IMG/VR virus record: IMGVR_UViG_3300044492_000094
Coordinates: 1 to 35,611 of that record
Length of the DNA stretch: 35,611 nt
Direction: 5' to 3' (one strand)
Source of the DNA: a virus
Lineage: Duplodnaviria; Caudoviricetes
Shown here: positions 22,089-30,221 of the stretch, piece after piece
Layout of the letters: each line of letters opens with the position of its first letter
Position numbering within the stretch: the first letter of the stretch is position 1
The notes under the pieces: model-generated
The model's input: the letters and a program-made list of their open reading frames with translations, nothing else
What the model was told of the DNA's origin: nothing
Databases searched by the model: none
Position numbers and translations under genes: made by a program

Positions 22089-22823
22089 CTAGAACACCGT
22101 CCACAGGTCGGCGCTGCTCGACCCGTATTTCTTGCCATAGCCGCGCTTGGCGTCGAGCGGGCCGCGCCCGAAGTCACCCCAGCCGATCGGGTCACCGCCG
22201 TGGCTGCCCCACGTCACGTCGGTATAGCCGCTGCCGGTCTTGGACGGGGCGCCGGTGCCGCCCGGCTTGTCGAACGCGCCGAGCTTGTTGAGCGCGTACC
22301 AGCTGGTCGCGACCTTGCCAGCGCCGGTGACGAGGCTGGTCACCCCGGTCATGAACGGGCTGATCCCCGACGCCTCGGCCTTCGCCATCGTCGCCCCCAT
22401 GCGCTGGCCGGTCGCGAAGGTCTGGTAGCCATGCGCCTCGTAGACCGCGCTGCGCTGGATGTTCTCGGCGTCGACCTCGGAGAGATAGTCGGTGGTGACC
22501 TGCGCCTCGAGCGCCGACCCTTGCGACAGGTCGACATTGTTGGCGCCCATCGCTGCGCGCTGCTTCGACTTCAGCTGGGCGTAGGCGAGGCGGCTCTTGG
22601 TCTCCTCGAAATTGCCCTTGGCGCGCACCGCTCTTGCCGCCTCGTCGCCCGACTGGGCGTTGAGTTCGGCGATCCGCGCCTGTGCCTTGAGCGCGTAGCG
22701 CTTGCCCGATGCCGCCATCACGTCGCCGACTGCTCCTGCGACCGCAGCCCCCGCCTGCGCGCCGAGCACCGCATAGCCGCCCGCAGCGCTTCCCGACGAT
22801 GACGCAAAGGCCGAGCTACACAT
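22089..22823 (-). CDS. Internal virion protein (T7 gp14-like position), 244 aa
   Basis: AAGGAG RBS before MCSSAF; Ala/Gly-rich N-terminus; QRAAMGANNVDLSQGSA motif typical of this family. Confidence 0.8.
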   Translation of the reverse strand: MCSSAFASSSGSAAGGYAVLGAQAGAAVAGAVGDVMAASGKRYALKAQARIAELNAQSGDEAARAVRAKGNFEETKSRLAYAQLKSKQRAAMGANNVDLSQGSALEAQVTTDYLSEVDAENIQRSAVYEAHGYQTFATGQRMGATMAKAEASGISPFMTGVTSLVTGAGKVATSWYALNKLGAFDKPGGTGAPSKTGSGYTDVTWGSHGGDPIGWGDFGRGPLDAKRGYGKKYGSSSADLWTVF

Positions 22824-23289
22824 CGCCGCGCTCCTTCCAGAACCGATGGAACGGCAGCCCTGCATAGCCGAACGGCTCGGCCTCGGCGATCCTGCAGCCT
22901 ATCCCGCGCAGCAGCATCAGCGACTGGCGGTGACGCGCATCGGCATAGTTGATCAAGAGGGCATAGTCGTCGAGCATCGCGTCAAAATACGCCCTCGCGA
23001 CCTTGATAAGCGAACGCTTGTGGCGGGCGAGCAGGTTGGTGCCGAGCATCCACGGCGCACCGCTCATCGCGAGCAGCCCCAAGGGTGCCGTCCCGAACAT
23101 GCAGAGCATCGCGCCATTGGGCTCGCGCACCGTGTAAACGCTCGACGAGATCCGCACCGAGCGCTCGACCGCGTCGCCGACCTGCGGCCCCGACGCCGCC
23201 TCGACCTCGCGATAGTCGGCGTGGCGCAGGCCGAGGAAAAGCTCGTGCGCGTCACCCGGCTCGGGGATCGAGATGACGACGTCATCCAC
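22816..23289 (-). CDS. Internal virion protein A-like / GNAT-fold protein (T7 gp13-like)
   Basis: LRHADYREV, PWMLGT, LINYADARH.QSL.LL..IG, PFHRF motifs; synteny after tail tube B. Confidence 0.75.
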   Translation of the reverse strand: MDDVVISIPEPGDAHELFLGLRHADYREVEAASGPQVGDAVERSVRISSSVYTVREPNGAMLCMFGTAPLGLLAMSGAPWMLGTNLLARHKRSLIKVARAYFDAMLDDYALLINYADARHRQSLMLLRGIGCRIAEAEPFGYAGLPFHRFWKERGDV

Positions 23290-25804
23290 CGACCGCGAAC
23301 TCGGTGGTGATCGAGACGATCGTGGTGGGAAGCGGCAGGTCCTGCCGGATGCAGACCTGCCCGTACAGGTCCCACGCCGCCTCGAGCGGAAGCTCGACCT
23401 CCTCGGTCAGCAGCTTGGGCGGCGTGCCGGGGGGCTCGTCGGTGCGCGGCTCGACCTCGGTCAGCCGGTCGAACGCGGGGCCTGCCTTGACGTTGCGGGT
23501 CTTGTAGAGGCGCAGCCACAGCCGGTTGACATTCTTGGGGACGCCCTGCCCATAGGCTGCGGTGCCGCGAATGTCGAAGGCGAGCGGCAGGCTCTTGATG
23601 TCGGCTTGGATCGGCAGCCCCGCCGAGACTTTCGAGGCAGGCTCGTCGAGCGTGATCGCGCCTGCGGTGACGATCTGGGTGCCGAGATAGGCGCCGTCGG
23701 CCATCACCGCGACCACCTGCCCCTCGAGATGGCCGAGCCCTGCGAAGACGGTGGCAGGCGCCCCTGAATAGCTCTTGCCGCTGTCGACGAAGAACAGGTC
23801 GTTGGGGTTGACCGGGTGGCGCGGCGCCATCCGCTCGATGTAGCTGTGCGTACCCGCCCCGAAGTCGCGCGCCACCACCGCGTAGAGGATGTCCTCCTCG
23901 CCTTCCGCCACGCAGGCGATGCTCTCGAACCAGCCGTCGACGGTGTCGTGGCGATGCCACGCGCCGACCTCCTGCTCGGGGACATAGGTGCAGCCGAGCA
24001 GGTGGCCCGAGGTCGACACCGCCCAGATCGTCGGGGTCGGGGCCTTGCCATAGCCGATGTCGGCGATCTCCCAGTCGTCGAACATATGGGTCGCCCTGAG
24101 ACTGAGATCGCCGGTGAGATAGCCCGACGCCTCCCAGTTGTAGGCAAGCTCGCGCAGGTGCCCGCCTCTGGCTGCCGCGAAGATCAGGTTGTTGTTGACG
24201 ATCGCGGGAGTGGCGTGGCCCGCGCCGATGAAGCTCTGCGGCTTGAGGCTGACATTGGGGGTGAGCACCTCGCCGTCGCCGGGGTTGACCCGCCACTCGG
24301 CTGCCTCGGTCAGCAGCAGCAGGTTGTTCATCGGGATGATGTGGCGGATCGTGTTGCGCTCGCGTGCCGCGATGCGGAAGCGGATCGCGTCGTCGTCGCG
24401 CTGCGGGATCGACGAGGACATATTGCTCTCGGTGCCCGACTTGGTCGCCCAGAAGTTGGCGGGCTTGTTGATCGACCCGGCAAAGCACCGTCGCTGCTCG
24501 TAATAGCCGACCGCGCCGGGGCGCTCGCCCGCCGACGAGACGTCGTCGGTGAAGCGCGGCGGGGTCTTCGCCACGTCGGGAGCGATATTGTCGTCCTTGA
24601 AGCTGGTCGCCTCGGTCTGGCCGATATAGCCGTACAGGCCGTTGGTCTGCTTGTAGACATAGTAGCGCTCGGCGGTCGGCGACGCGGTCCACGCGATCGT
24701 GTTGTAGGCGCCGTCGTCGAACAGGTTGTTCATGCAGCTGCCAGCGACCGCGCTCTGGATCGTGCCGCCCGCCGTGTAGGTCGAGTAGCCGGTGGTGTCG
24801 ATCACCACCGTCCCGGCGGCGTCCTTCAGGGTGACGTGATAGTCGTAGACCAGATTGGTCGGATTATAGGCGAAGGTCGCGGTGTTGACGACATAGGCCT
24901 TGCCGTTGATCTGGCTCATCCCGCCGACCCCGTCGATCCATACCTTCTGGCCGACCTGCAGCCACGCCGGGTTGGCGTCATTGCCATAGGCGTAGACCAT
25001 GCCGGGGTTGGCCTTGCTGATCAGCGCGATCACCGCCGAGGCGGTATAGTCGCCAGCCGGTGCCCCCGACGGGATGCCGGGGTTGCTCTCGTCGGCGCCG
25101 ATCACGGCGGTCACCGCGTAGCTCTGCTGGGTCGGCGTGCCCGGCGTGGTCGTGGCAGGCGTCGCGGTCGCCGAGATCCCCGACGGCGGCGGCGTCGAGG
25201 GCCTGAAGCTGACCGGGGTGAAGGTCCATTTGAGCGGGCCGTAGCGACGCAGTTCGTGGACCTCGTAATTGGGGTGGGTGAGGGTGATGACGTCGTTCGA
25301 CTGGACGTACTTGATCGTCCTCAGATCGGCCTCGGCGTAGATGTTGGGTATCTCGTAGATGTTCTCGGGCATCGCGTACCAGTAGGTCGTGTCGCTGATG
25401 AACACGCCGGTGTGCGCGACCTTGCAATAATAGGCGACCCCGGCGCCGCCGAGCACGACGTCGCCCACCGCATAGGGGATGGTCGGGTTCCAGAACCCGG
25501 CGGTGTTGGGGGTCAGCGTGGCGCCCATGCTGTGCGCGCGGAAATAGCCCTCGCCGATCTCGATCACCATCGTCTCGTCGATCGCGAAGGTCGCCGGGAT
25601 CAGCCTTGTATACTTGGCCGGGAACTTGGTCGGGTTGACCATGCCGAACCCCGAGCGGTTCTCAGCGGGACCATGCGGCTTGACGACGAAGTTGCGGCAG
25701 GTCTCGACCCCGGTCTGGAACTTGGGGTCGTCGATCCGCCCGAAGAACTCGGGGGATACCTCGCCGCCGGTGAAGCTGCGTGTAAACGTCTTCGGGTTCG
25801 CCAC
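23282..25804 (-). CDS. Tail tubular protein B / nozzle (stabilisation protein)
   Basis: SFTGGEVSP..FGRID, NFVVKPHG, YVQSNDV, YYEQRRCFAG, AWHRHDT and FVDSG motifs; 840 aa; synteny. Confidence 0.9.
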   Translation of the reverse strand: MANPKTFTRSFTGGEVSPEFFGRIDDPKFQTGVETCRNFVVKPHGPAENRSGFGMVNPTKFPAKYTRLIPATFAIDETMVIEIGEGYFRAHSMGATLTPNTAGFWNPTIPYAVGDVVLGGAGVAYYCKVAHTGVFISDTTYWYAMPENIYEIPNIYAEADLRTIKYVQSNDVITLTHPNYEVHELRRYGPLKWTFTPVSFRPSTPPPSGISATATPATTTPGTPTQQSYAVTAVIGADESNPGIPSGAPAGDYTASAVIALISKANPGMVYAYGNDANPAWLQVGQKVWIDGVGGMSQINGKAYVVNTATFAYNPTNLVYDYHVTLKDAAGTVVIDTTGYSTYTAGGTIQSAVAGSCMNNLFDDGAYNTIAWTASPTAERYYVYKQTNGLYGYIGQTEATSFKDDNIAPDVAKTPPRFTDDVSSAGERPGAVGYYEQRRCFAGSINKPANFWATKSGTESNMSSSIPQRDDDAIRFRIAARERNTIRHIIPMNNLLLLTEAAEWRVNPGDGEVLTPNVSLKPQSFIGAGHATPAIVNNNLIFAAARGGHLRELAYNWEASGYLTGDLSLRATHMFDDWEIADIGYGKAPTPTIWAVSTSGHLLGCTYVPEQEVGAWHRHDTVDGWFESIACVAEGEEDILYAVVARDFGAGTHSYIERMAPRHPVNPNDLFFVDSGKSYSGAPATVFAGLGHLEGQVVAVMADGAYLGTQIVTAGAITLDEPASKVSAGLPIQADIKSLPLAFDIRGTAAYGQGVPKNVNRLWLRLYKTRNVKAGPAFDRLTEVEPRTDEPPGTPPKLLTEEVELPLEAAWDLYGQVCIRQDLPLPTTIVSITTEFAVGG

Positions 25805-26166
25805 TATTTGAGCCCCTCGTAGAACGGGCTGTTGCCGCCGCGCAGGCGCTTCTTGGCGTGGTCGATAGCCTTGAGCAGGATGCTGTTAGGGACCGTCTTG
25901 GTGACTTGGTCGATCGGCTCGTTGAGCAGCCACTTGACCTCGCTCTTGTCGAGCGTCGGCACCATCAGCGGCACGTCGATCTCCTTGCCGTTGATACCGA
26001 CGCCGATGCTCATCTCCGAGGCGACCGTGCCGTCGGTCCTGCGCATCATCCCGAGCCAGCCGCGCCCCTTGGGGCTGCCGTCGACACGCCGCCCCCACGG
26101 CGCCGACGGGTCCTCGCCGGGGTCGGGCTGGATGTCGGGATCGGGGCCGGGCGGTATGCTCGCCAT
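25804..26166 (-). CDS. Hypothetical protein (120 aa) inserted between tail tube A and B
   Basis: TGATG and TAGTG one-base overlaps on both sides; globular G.R.DG.PKG.GW.G...E.SIGV...PL.VPTL core. Confidence 0.75.
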   Translation of the reverse strand: MASIPPGPDPDIQPDPGEDPSAPWGRRVDGSPKGRGWLGMMRRTDGTVASEMSIGVGINGKEIDVPLMVPTLDKSEVKWLLNEPIDQVTKTVPNSILLKAIDHAKKRLRGGNSPFYEGLK

Positions 26167-26777
26167 CAGCGGGACCTTATCCACGGAGCGTCGCGCTCGT
26201 TCAGCTGCTGGCTTCCCGAGGCATCGCTCGACGCTGCCTCGGCCATCTTCTGCATGTAGAACTTGTAGCTGCTCTCGGCGATCTTCTGCCCGGTCTCGCC
26301 CTTGATGATCGGTCCCGCGATATAGCTCGCGAGCAGCCAGCTGAGCGCGGTCGAGAACAGCGGGCTGAACCGCTCGGGTTCGACGCTGTGGTGGATGTAG
26401 CGCAGCACCGCGCCCTCGACATTGGTCAGCACCAGCTTGGCGCCGTCATCGCCTGCCTCGATGTCGAACGGGATCAGCACCTTGTGCTGCGAGCCGAGGG
26501 TCAGGTCCATCACCTCGAGCGCTCGGACCATCTCGCCGGGGGCGGCATAGGCATATTGCCAGCCCGCCGGGGTGGTGGCGAGCGGCACGCCGAGGCTGAC
26601 CCGCCGCGTCGCGAAGCTCCACGCCCTGCTCTCGATGATCTCGTCGCGGGCGATCGGGTAGAAGCGCGCACACACCGACGCGTTGGCGCTGCCCTCGGGC
26701 GGGTCGATGCTGGTCACCGTCGCACCGTCGCCGATGTGGCTGAGCGCCATGTTCACGATGTCGACGGCATTCGCCAT
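26166..26777 (-). CDS. Tail tubular protein A / head-tail adaptor (203 aa)
   Basis: MANAVDIVNMALSHIGD, CARFYP.ARD, WSFAT.R, W.YAY..P motifs; GGGAG RBS. Confidence 0.9.
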   Translation of the reverse strand: MANAVDIVNMALSHIGDGATVTSIDPPEGSANASVCARFYPIARDEIIESRAWSFATRRVSLGVPLATTPAGWQYAYAAPGEMVRALEVMDLTLGSQHKVLIPFDIEAGDDGAKLVLTNVEGAVLRYIHHSVEPERFSPLFSTALSWLLASYIAGPIIKGETGQKIAESSYKFYMQKMAEAASSDASGSQQLNERDAPWIRSR

Positions 26778-26789
26778 TGCGGGCTCCCG

Positions 26790-26820
26790 AAACAATTGAG
26801 GGGGCGCGAAGCCCCCTCAA
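26790..26820 (-). terminator. Rho-independent terminator after the capsid cluster
   Basis: Perfect 10-bp stem TTGAGGGGGC-TTCGC-GCCCCCTCAA followed by TTGTTT on the minus strand. Confidence 0.8.
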
Positions 26821-26857
26821 GCGCACGACCCGCGCGACCGGGGCGTGGATGCTGTGA

Positions 26858-27436
26858 TCAGGCCAGCGGCTTGGTCTTGTCGACTTCCTTGCCCTCGGCC
26901 TTGGCGCGCTTGGCTTCCTGCTCACGGCGCTCCTCGGCCTGCTGGCGGCGGATCTCTTCCCTCTTGTCCTGATCGACGCTGTCGCGCACCCGGTTCTCGG
27001 CCTCGCTCGCCTTGGTCTGGGCGCGGGCCTTGCCGCCCTCGAGGGTGCGGTGGCGCGCATCGTCATTGTCGTCGTCGCTGCCCACCACGTCGGCGGGCAT
27101 CAGGTCGTCCTCGGCGCGTCCCGTGCGGGTCGAGCGCGCCAAGGTCAGCGGCGCCTCGCCGCCGCCCCCGATCGGCTCGAGATTGGCCGAGGGATCGCCG
27201 ACATAGTCGACCTCCTCGCCGGGTTCGTAGAGCCGGTCGTTGATGAACGAGCGCTCGAGCACCCGGTAGCGCTGGGCGGGCTCGACGGTGCGCGCATCGG
27301 CGCCCTGCTTGCCGGTCGGGCGGGTGTCGCTCGCGGCGTCGCGCGCCCGGCGCTGGTCGTCGTCGCGCTGCTTCTGCTCTTCCTGCCTGCGACGCTCGGC
27401 ATCTATGCGCTGCTGCTCTTCCTGCTTGTCGGTCAT
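26858..27436 (-). CDS. Hypothetical capsid-cluster protein with charged extensions
   Basis: Core YRVLERSFINDRLYEPGEEVDY.G....NLEP typical of the gene after the cement protein in BPP-1-like phages; AAGGAG RBS. Confidence 0.8.
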   Translation of the reverse strand: MTDKQEEQQRIDAERRRQEEQKQRDDDQRRARDAASDTRPTGKQGADARTVEPAQRYRVLERSFINDRLYEPGEEVDYVGDPSANLEPIGGGGEAPLTLARSTRTGRAEDDLMPADVVGSDDDNDDARHRTLEGGKARAQTKASEAENRVRDSVDQDKREEIRRQQAEERREQEAKRAKAEGKEVDKTKPLA

Positions 27437-27459
27437 GTTGGTCTCCTTGGCGCCGCCGA

Positions 27460-27957
27460 TCAGAGGATGGCGTAGCCGCTCTGGTAGTTCTGCTGCTTCG
27501 AACGGTCGCCGGTGAAGGGACCGATGCCGCCATTAACCGAGCCAGCCGTGGTTGTTCCCACCGAGACGACCTGCCCGCCGACATAGCGGCGCAGGGTACG
27601 CGGATCGACCTTGCCGATCGGCACCGAGACCTTGGCGCCCGCCTTGAGCGCCGCCGTCGCGATCGGCCCCGAGGTGGCGAGCACCGTCACGTTGGTGGTG
27701 AGGGCGGCATCGTCCGCCGAGATCACCTGCACGTCCATCCCGGTGCCGCCGACCACGGCGTTGATGAAGGTGACGTTGAGGTAGAGCGGCTGGCCCTCGC
27801 CGAGGTCGGCGGACTGCAGCTGCTTGGTGGCGCCGGTGGTGTCGATCGACGAGCCCGACACGATCGTCGTCGCCGCCCCGAACACGTTCTGCGCGACCAC
27901 GTTCCCGGCAGCGTCGAAGCTGCCGAAGATGTGGGTGAATGCGTCAACTACGGCCAT
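27460..27957 (-). CDS. Capsid cement/decoration protein (Bbp16-like)
   Basis: DLGEGQPLYL, S.D.AL, LRRYVG, YQSGY motifs; directly after the major capsid gene; AGGAG RBS. Confidence 0.75.
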   Translation of the reverse strand: MAVVDAFTHIFGSFDAAGNVVAQNVFGAATTIVSGSSIDTTGATKQLQSADLGEGQPLYLNVTFINAVVGGTGMDVQVISADDAALTTNVTVLATSGPIATAALKAGAKVSVPIGKVDPRTLRRYVGGQVVSVGTTTAGSVNGGIGPFTGDRSKQQNYQSGYAIL

Positions 27958-27981
27958 GATGATATCTCCTGCTGGCTGGCC

Positions 27982-28989
27982 TCAGACGACCCGCGCCTCG
28001 GTGTTGAGAAGGGCGTCCGTCCTGCGGAGCGGGATGCCGTCGAACGATGTCCAGCTGTGCGACTTGCCGAACTGGTTGAGCCCGCTCTCGATCGCCAGCA
28101 CGTTGCCGGTCTGGGTCATCGCCTGAATGCGCATCATCGAGTGGACCGTGCGGTTCATGTAGAACACCGGGGTCACCGATCCGAGGCTCGGCAGATGGTC
28201 GATCGCACGCGCCATCAGCTTCATCAGGTTGGCGGGCGTGGTCTCGCCGACGAGGTTCGAGACATCGATGTTGGCGATCCGGACGACGTAGCGCCAGTCC
28301 TTGACGACGAGGCCATTGTCCCACTGGTAGAGTGACTTGTAGGCGCGATACCAGCCGCCGAGTGCGTCCTGCACGTCGTCGAGCCCGAGGTCCTCGTGGT
28401 GGAGACCTGCCTGCGAGCCCTTGGGATAGGTGCCGAACACCGAGCCGTCGCCCCAGCCGACCAGCCAGATCGAGGTATTGTCGGTCTGCTGCCCGCCTGC
28501 GTCGAGGATGTTGATCTTGTTGGGCGAGTTGACGAGGTCCGAGTAGCGCGGGCTGAGCCCGAGATACTGGCGCGGATCGGCGCCGGGGTTGCCGTAGAAC
28601 ATCGTCTCGGCCTGCTGCTGGTTCATCGCCTCGAGGAAGGCGCTGTCCTCGGACAGGCGGAACGAGGCGGTGTTGCCGTTGAGGTCGGCGAGCTTCTGGT
28701 CGACATGGCTGCGCGCCTCGAGCATGCCGACGGTCTCGTCGACCTGCGCGGTGGTGCTCTTCGACGGCGGCACGCCCTGATTGATCGCGCGCCAGTAGAC
28801 CCGAGGCAGCCCGGTGCGGATCGTCACCCGGTGGCCGGTGGGCAGATTGCCCTCCATGAACACCATGTCGGTGAGGATCTCGTTGGTCTGCGAGAGCATC
28901 TCGACGATCGGCGCAATGCCGTCGCCCGAGGGGTTGGTCCGCTTGGCGATGTCCGCGATGGTCGCGGCTTGGGTCGAGAGTGCTGGCAC
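27982..28989 (-). CDS. Major capsid protein
   Basis: IVEMLSQTNEIL.D..F.EGNLPTGH...IRTGLP...WR, SIWLV.WG, DWRYVVRIANID, F.GIP.RR.DAL motifs of BPP-1-like capsid proteins. Confidence 0.92.
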   Translation of the reverse strand: MPALSTQAATIADIAKRTNPSGDGIAPIVEMLSQTNEILTDMVFMEGNLPTGHRVTIRTGLPRVYWRAINQGVPPSKSTTAQVDETVGMLEARSHVDQKLADLNGNTASFRLSEDSAFLEAMNQQQAETMFYGNPGADPRQYLGLSPRYSDLVNSPNKINILDAGGQQTDNTSIWLVGWGDGSVFGTYPKGSQAGLHHEDLGLDDVQDALGGWYRAYKSLYQWDNGLVVKDWRYVVRIANIDVSNLVGETTPANLMKLMARAIDHLPSLGSVTPVFYMNRTVHSMMRIQAMTQTGNVLAIESGLNQFGKSHSWTSFDGIPLRRTDALLNTEARVV

Positions 28990-29000
28990 AGCGGCGATCC

Positions 29001-29705
29001 TTACTGATTGCTATGGGCTGGGAACATGCGTTCGGCGAGCGACTTGTCGCCGCGAGGCGAGGTCGATCCCGCCGCGACAAAGCCGTCTTCACTCGCAAGC
29101 TCGCCGACGCGCGCAAGCAGGCGGATGATCTCGGGATGGTTCTCAAGCTGCTCCTCGCGGAGGAACTTGGTAAGCTCGGGGGTGCCGAAGGTCTCGAGGC
29201 CGAGCTTGGCCTTGGCGAGCGCTGGCGCCTCGAACGACGCCTTCGACTGGGTGAGCCACTCGGTGCGGGTCTGGGTGAAGCCCTCGACGAGGCTGTCGAT
29301 GGTGCGCTGCACCAGTGCTGCGCCGAGGTTGACGATCTCCTGCGCCTTGGCCTGCGGCAGGTTCAGTTCCTTGGCGACGCCCTTGAAGCTGTCGATGCTG
29401 GTCGCATCGAGCACCACGCCCTCGGGTGCGTCGAAGTCGGCATAGGCTTCAGGCGCACCCTCGGGGGGTGGCTCGGGCACGGCGTTGGCGTCGGGATCGG
29501 GGGGCGTGGCGTTGGGGTCGGGTGCCGGGTCGCCGGTGACGAGGCCCTCTGGAGTGGGCGGATCGGTAAGCAGGCCGGGTGTGGCACCCGCTGCAGCCGG
29601 TGTCGTAGCTGGGGCGCTGGACGGAGTGGCTGCAGCGGGCACCTGTGCCACCGATGAAGCCGGTGGTACGGGGGAAGGGGATGCTACAGGAGGGGCAGTC
29701 GCCAT
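29001..29705 (-). CDS. Capsid assembly scaffold protein
   Basis: GAPEAYADF..PEG, AKELNLPQ..AQ, NHPEIIR and SED.FV motifs; directly upstream of the capsid gene. Confidence 0.8.
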   Translation of the reverse strand: MATAPPVASPSPVPPASSVAQVPAAATPSSAPATTPAAAGATPGLLTDPPTPEGLVTGDPAPDPNATPPDPDANAVPEPPPEGAPEAYADFDAPEGVVLDATSIDSFKGVAKELNLPQAKAQEIVNLGAALVQRTIDSLVEGFTQTRTEWLTQSKASFEAPALAKAKLGLETFGTPELTKFLREEQLENHPEIIRLLARVGELASEDGFVAAGSTSPRGDKSLAERMFPAHSNQ

Positions 29706-30014
29706 TCAATCGTCCTCATTGCCTAGCAGCAGCACCAGCTGGTGCGGGGTCCACCGGGCTGCGCGATCCAAGATCCACAGCCCCATGTTCCGCTGGCCCT
29801 CGTTGAACGCGGTGACGGTGGGGTCACGATCATAGGACACCCTCCATACACCGGCCTGCGACAGCCACCGCCGCGCGATGCGACGGCCCCTCGGGTCGGC
29901 CATGAGCCATCGGAAGTCCCCCTCGTCATTGGCCTCGGCGAGGCGTTCCGAGGCCTTGCGCTCCTCGTCCGCCTGCTCTTGGCCCCGGATGTCGAACGGG
30001 TCCAGATCGCTCAT
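29706..30014 (-). CDS. Conserved small protein between portal and scaffold (Bbp19-like)
   Basis: D.RWLM.DPRGRR...R.L..AGV...S......TAFNEGQRN.GL motif. Confidence 0.8.
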   Translation of the reverse strand: MSDLDPFDIRGQEQADEERKASERLAEANDEGDFRWLMADPRGRRIARRWLSQAGVWRVSYDRDPTVTAFNEGQRNMGLWILDRAARWTPHQLVLLLGNEDD

Positions 30015-30023
30015 TCGACGCGC

Positions 30024-30057
30024 ATCATAGCGCGTGTAAACGACGACACGCGAACCC
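30024..30057 (-). promoter_or_regulatory. Candidate late promoter copy 2 (GGGTTCGCGT-N18-TATGAT)
   Basis: Intergenic; -10-like TATGAT lies 9 nt before the ATG at 30014, which has no RBS. Confidence 0.75.
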
Positions 30058-30059
30058 CA

Positions 30060-30221
30060 TCACATGACCCCCGCCCGGTTGGCGATGATCACCACCGCGA
30101 CGACGATCAGGAGGCACTGGATGATCATGTTGAACGGCGACGGCAGCGGCAGCATCGACACCGCGTAGCAGAGCAGCGCGACGAGGATGATGACGATGAT
30201 CGCGAAGATGAGAATGCTCAT
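30060..30221 (-). CDS. Two-transmembrane micro-protein (53 aa), not in ORF track
   Basis: Hand translation MSILIFAIIVIILVALLCYAVSMLPLPSPFNMIIQCLLIVVAVVIIANRAGVM; TGATG overlap with portal stop; typical codons. Confidence 0.8.
   Translation of the reverse strand: MSILIFAIIVIILVALLCYAVSMLPLPSPFNMIIQCLLIVVAVVIIANRAGVM

Noticed and set aside
29449-29709. Alternative-frame ORFs over the scaffold 5' end, where codon usage is atypical
   Set aside because: The alternative frames do not show better codon usage or an RBS; A/T-ending codons fit a low-structure 5' region encoding a Pro/Ala linker
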